From assembly GCA_964644695.1 (NCBI GenBank), contig CAZXWN010000012.1, positions 58,326-78,325 on the forward strand: 20,000 nucleotides of DNA, read 5' to 3'. Within the stretch, counting starts at the first letter, position 1, and every line of letters starts with the position of its first letter. Of this stretch, positions 18,784 to 20,000 are shown piece by piece. The notes below the pieces were generated by a model that worked only from the letters and a program-made list of their open reading frames with translations, did no database searches and was not told where the DNA came from. The DNA is from an uncultured bacterium (lineage in GTDB: Bacteria; UBP4; UBA4092). The position numbers were made by a program, and so were the translations under genes.

Positions 18784-18841
18784 GTAACATTTCACGGAGC
18801 AGTGTCCGTCCCCCCTTCGGATACCTGCTCCTTTTTCTTTT
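18784..18841 (+). ncRNA. putative sigma-54-dependent small RNA (single hairpin, C-rich loop, U-tail)
   Basis: GGAGCAG-TGTCCG (18796-18808) pairs with CGGATA-c-CTGCTCC (18818-18831); loop T-C6-TT; followed by TTTTTCTTTT; no ORF; starts about 12 nt after the -12 element. Confidence 0.6.
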
Positions 18842-19143
18842 ACCCCTATTTTGAGCACTCTCCCCTGACTCCCTAATCAATCCTCTACCACTACCTTTTA
18901 CAACTCCATTTCGTTCCTCAAAACCGACGATGAAGAAACGAAGAGGGTAGGTCCAAAAATCATTGATTGATATTGTTATGATTCACCGGGTTAATCTCCT
19001 CCATTGCGCTCCTATTGCACCAGGCATCCTTGACAAGGTGTAGTATAATCTCGAATGAGTGCAGAAAAGCAAAATTACTTCAAATAAAACTTGAAGATAA
19101 TACCGATAGGGATTCTACTTGGGTATCATGGAGGATGTAATTA

Positions 19144-19437
19144 ATGGAGTATTATTTTCTGGAAAATGGGGAAGAAATTCCAGCAAAAACCGGGGATATG
19201 ATGATGCACAACGATAAATACTGCTGTTGGATCATATTAATCCCAGCCTCTGAAAATTATATATGTGAGGATAGTGTATATATGTTTTGGTTTGATATAA
19301 AAACAAAGAAAATGGTTCTGCTGGAATATTGTAATGACCCTGAGTATTTTATGGAATCGTGTATAAAATTATTGGATGCTTCTCATCCAGACAATATTTG
19401 GAATCAATACTGGACGGGGTGGGAAAATTGTCTTTGA
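19144..19437 (+). CDS. hypothetical protein (97 aa), paralogue 1
   Basis: GGAGG at 19130-19134; shares motifs with the next ORF. Confidence 0.65.
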   Translation: MEYYFLENGEEIPAKTGDMMMHNDKYCCWIILIPASENYICEDSVYMFWFDIKTKKMVLLEYCNDPEYFMESCIKLLDASHPDNIWNQYWTGWENCL

Positions 19438-19685
19438 GATATCAAAATGGACTGGAAGTTATGGAAGGTGATTTGGTGACGGTGGATTTTCAAGATTGTT
19501 GCTGGGTTAGATACTTCAATGACGACACCATAACCGTTTATAAGTATGGGCCAACTGGAAGAACGATGGAGCCCTTCAGAAGAATGAAAGATACACAAGG
19601 TTTGTATATGTGTAAACGGGCAGATGACTACGATAATCCTTTTCAGGAATGGTTAACAAATAAAGAATGGCTGCCTGATGAATAA
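19428..19685 (+). CDS. hypothetical protein (~85 aa), paralogue 2
   Basis: Probable TTG start at 19428 (GGGGTG upstream, 10-nt overlap with the previous ORF) rather than 19359; NGxE..GD..CCW motif shared with the upstream ORF. Confidence 0.6.
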   Translation: MSLRYQNGLEVMEGDLVTVDFQDCCWVRYFNDDTITVYKYGPTGRTMEPFRRMKDTQGLYMCKRADDYDNPFQEWLTNKEWLPDE

Positions 19686-20000
19686 AAGCTACTGATGATA
19701 ATTGCTCTGAGGGAAAAAAGCAATAATGACATTTCAATGTTAAAAAACAAAAGGTAATGCCGACATGTCTTTCCCCCGGCATGGGCATTGCCTACTATGG
19801 AAACAAGGAAATCGATGCCATAAAAAATCAAATCTATAGGCATCAAAGTAGATGATATACCCTTGAAATGAGAAGTCCTGTTTTAGATTGTTAATCCCAT
19901 CACTACAAGAAAGTACTGATAAATTAGGGGTAAATGTAAGTAATGAAAAAAGTCATAAAAAGGTAGAAGAAAGTAGTTGAGGTTGGGAGTGGAAGCAGTA

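Noticed and set aside
19030-19049. Perfect TTGACA and TATAAT upstream of the small ORFs
   Set aside because: The spacer is only 8 nt, so they cannot act as a -35/-10 pair; TATAAT alone may still be used.
19678-19850. Third small ORF or pseudogene after the paralogue pair
   Set aside because: Plus-strand frames are very short (up to about 31 aa) and the 67-70 aa minus-strand ORFs overlap paralogue 2; none shows a recognisable motif.
18841-20000. Possible terminal inverted repeats around the two small ORFs (C-rich 18841-18910 vs purine-rich 19921-20000)
   Set aside because: Only short blocks match (AAAAGGTAG, TAGGGGTAAA), they are not collinear, and there is no transposase or target-site duplication.

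Overview
Bacterial chromosomal region with mostly housekeeping and cell-envelope genes and no recognisable mobile element or CRISPR array. Minus strand: a partial CHC2-type zinc-finger ORF missing from the ORF track, panD, a REC-Hpt response regulator, a soluble multi-PAS histidine kinase, namZ and a LysM-M23 peptidase. Plus strand: alaC, an HhH-GPD/EndoIII-like glycosylase, a giant (~2000 aa) secreted S8 protease with Ig-like and FG-GAP repeats, nadB, pheA and two small tandem paralogous ORFs. The most striking unannotated structure is in the intergenic region after pheA (18611-18841). It holds two 20-bp palindromes 31 bp apart, a perfect IHF core, a perfect sigma-54 -24/-12 element and an ORF-less ~55-nt hairpin with a C-rich loop and U-tract. 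Together these suggest an enhancer-dependent sigma-54 small RNA gene. Its 3' arm is complementary to the pheA ribosome-binding site, and related sequence occurs at 7947-8010. All regulatory calls are inferred from motifs only.
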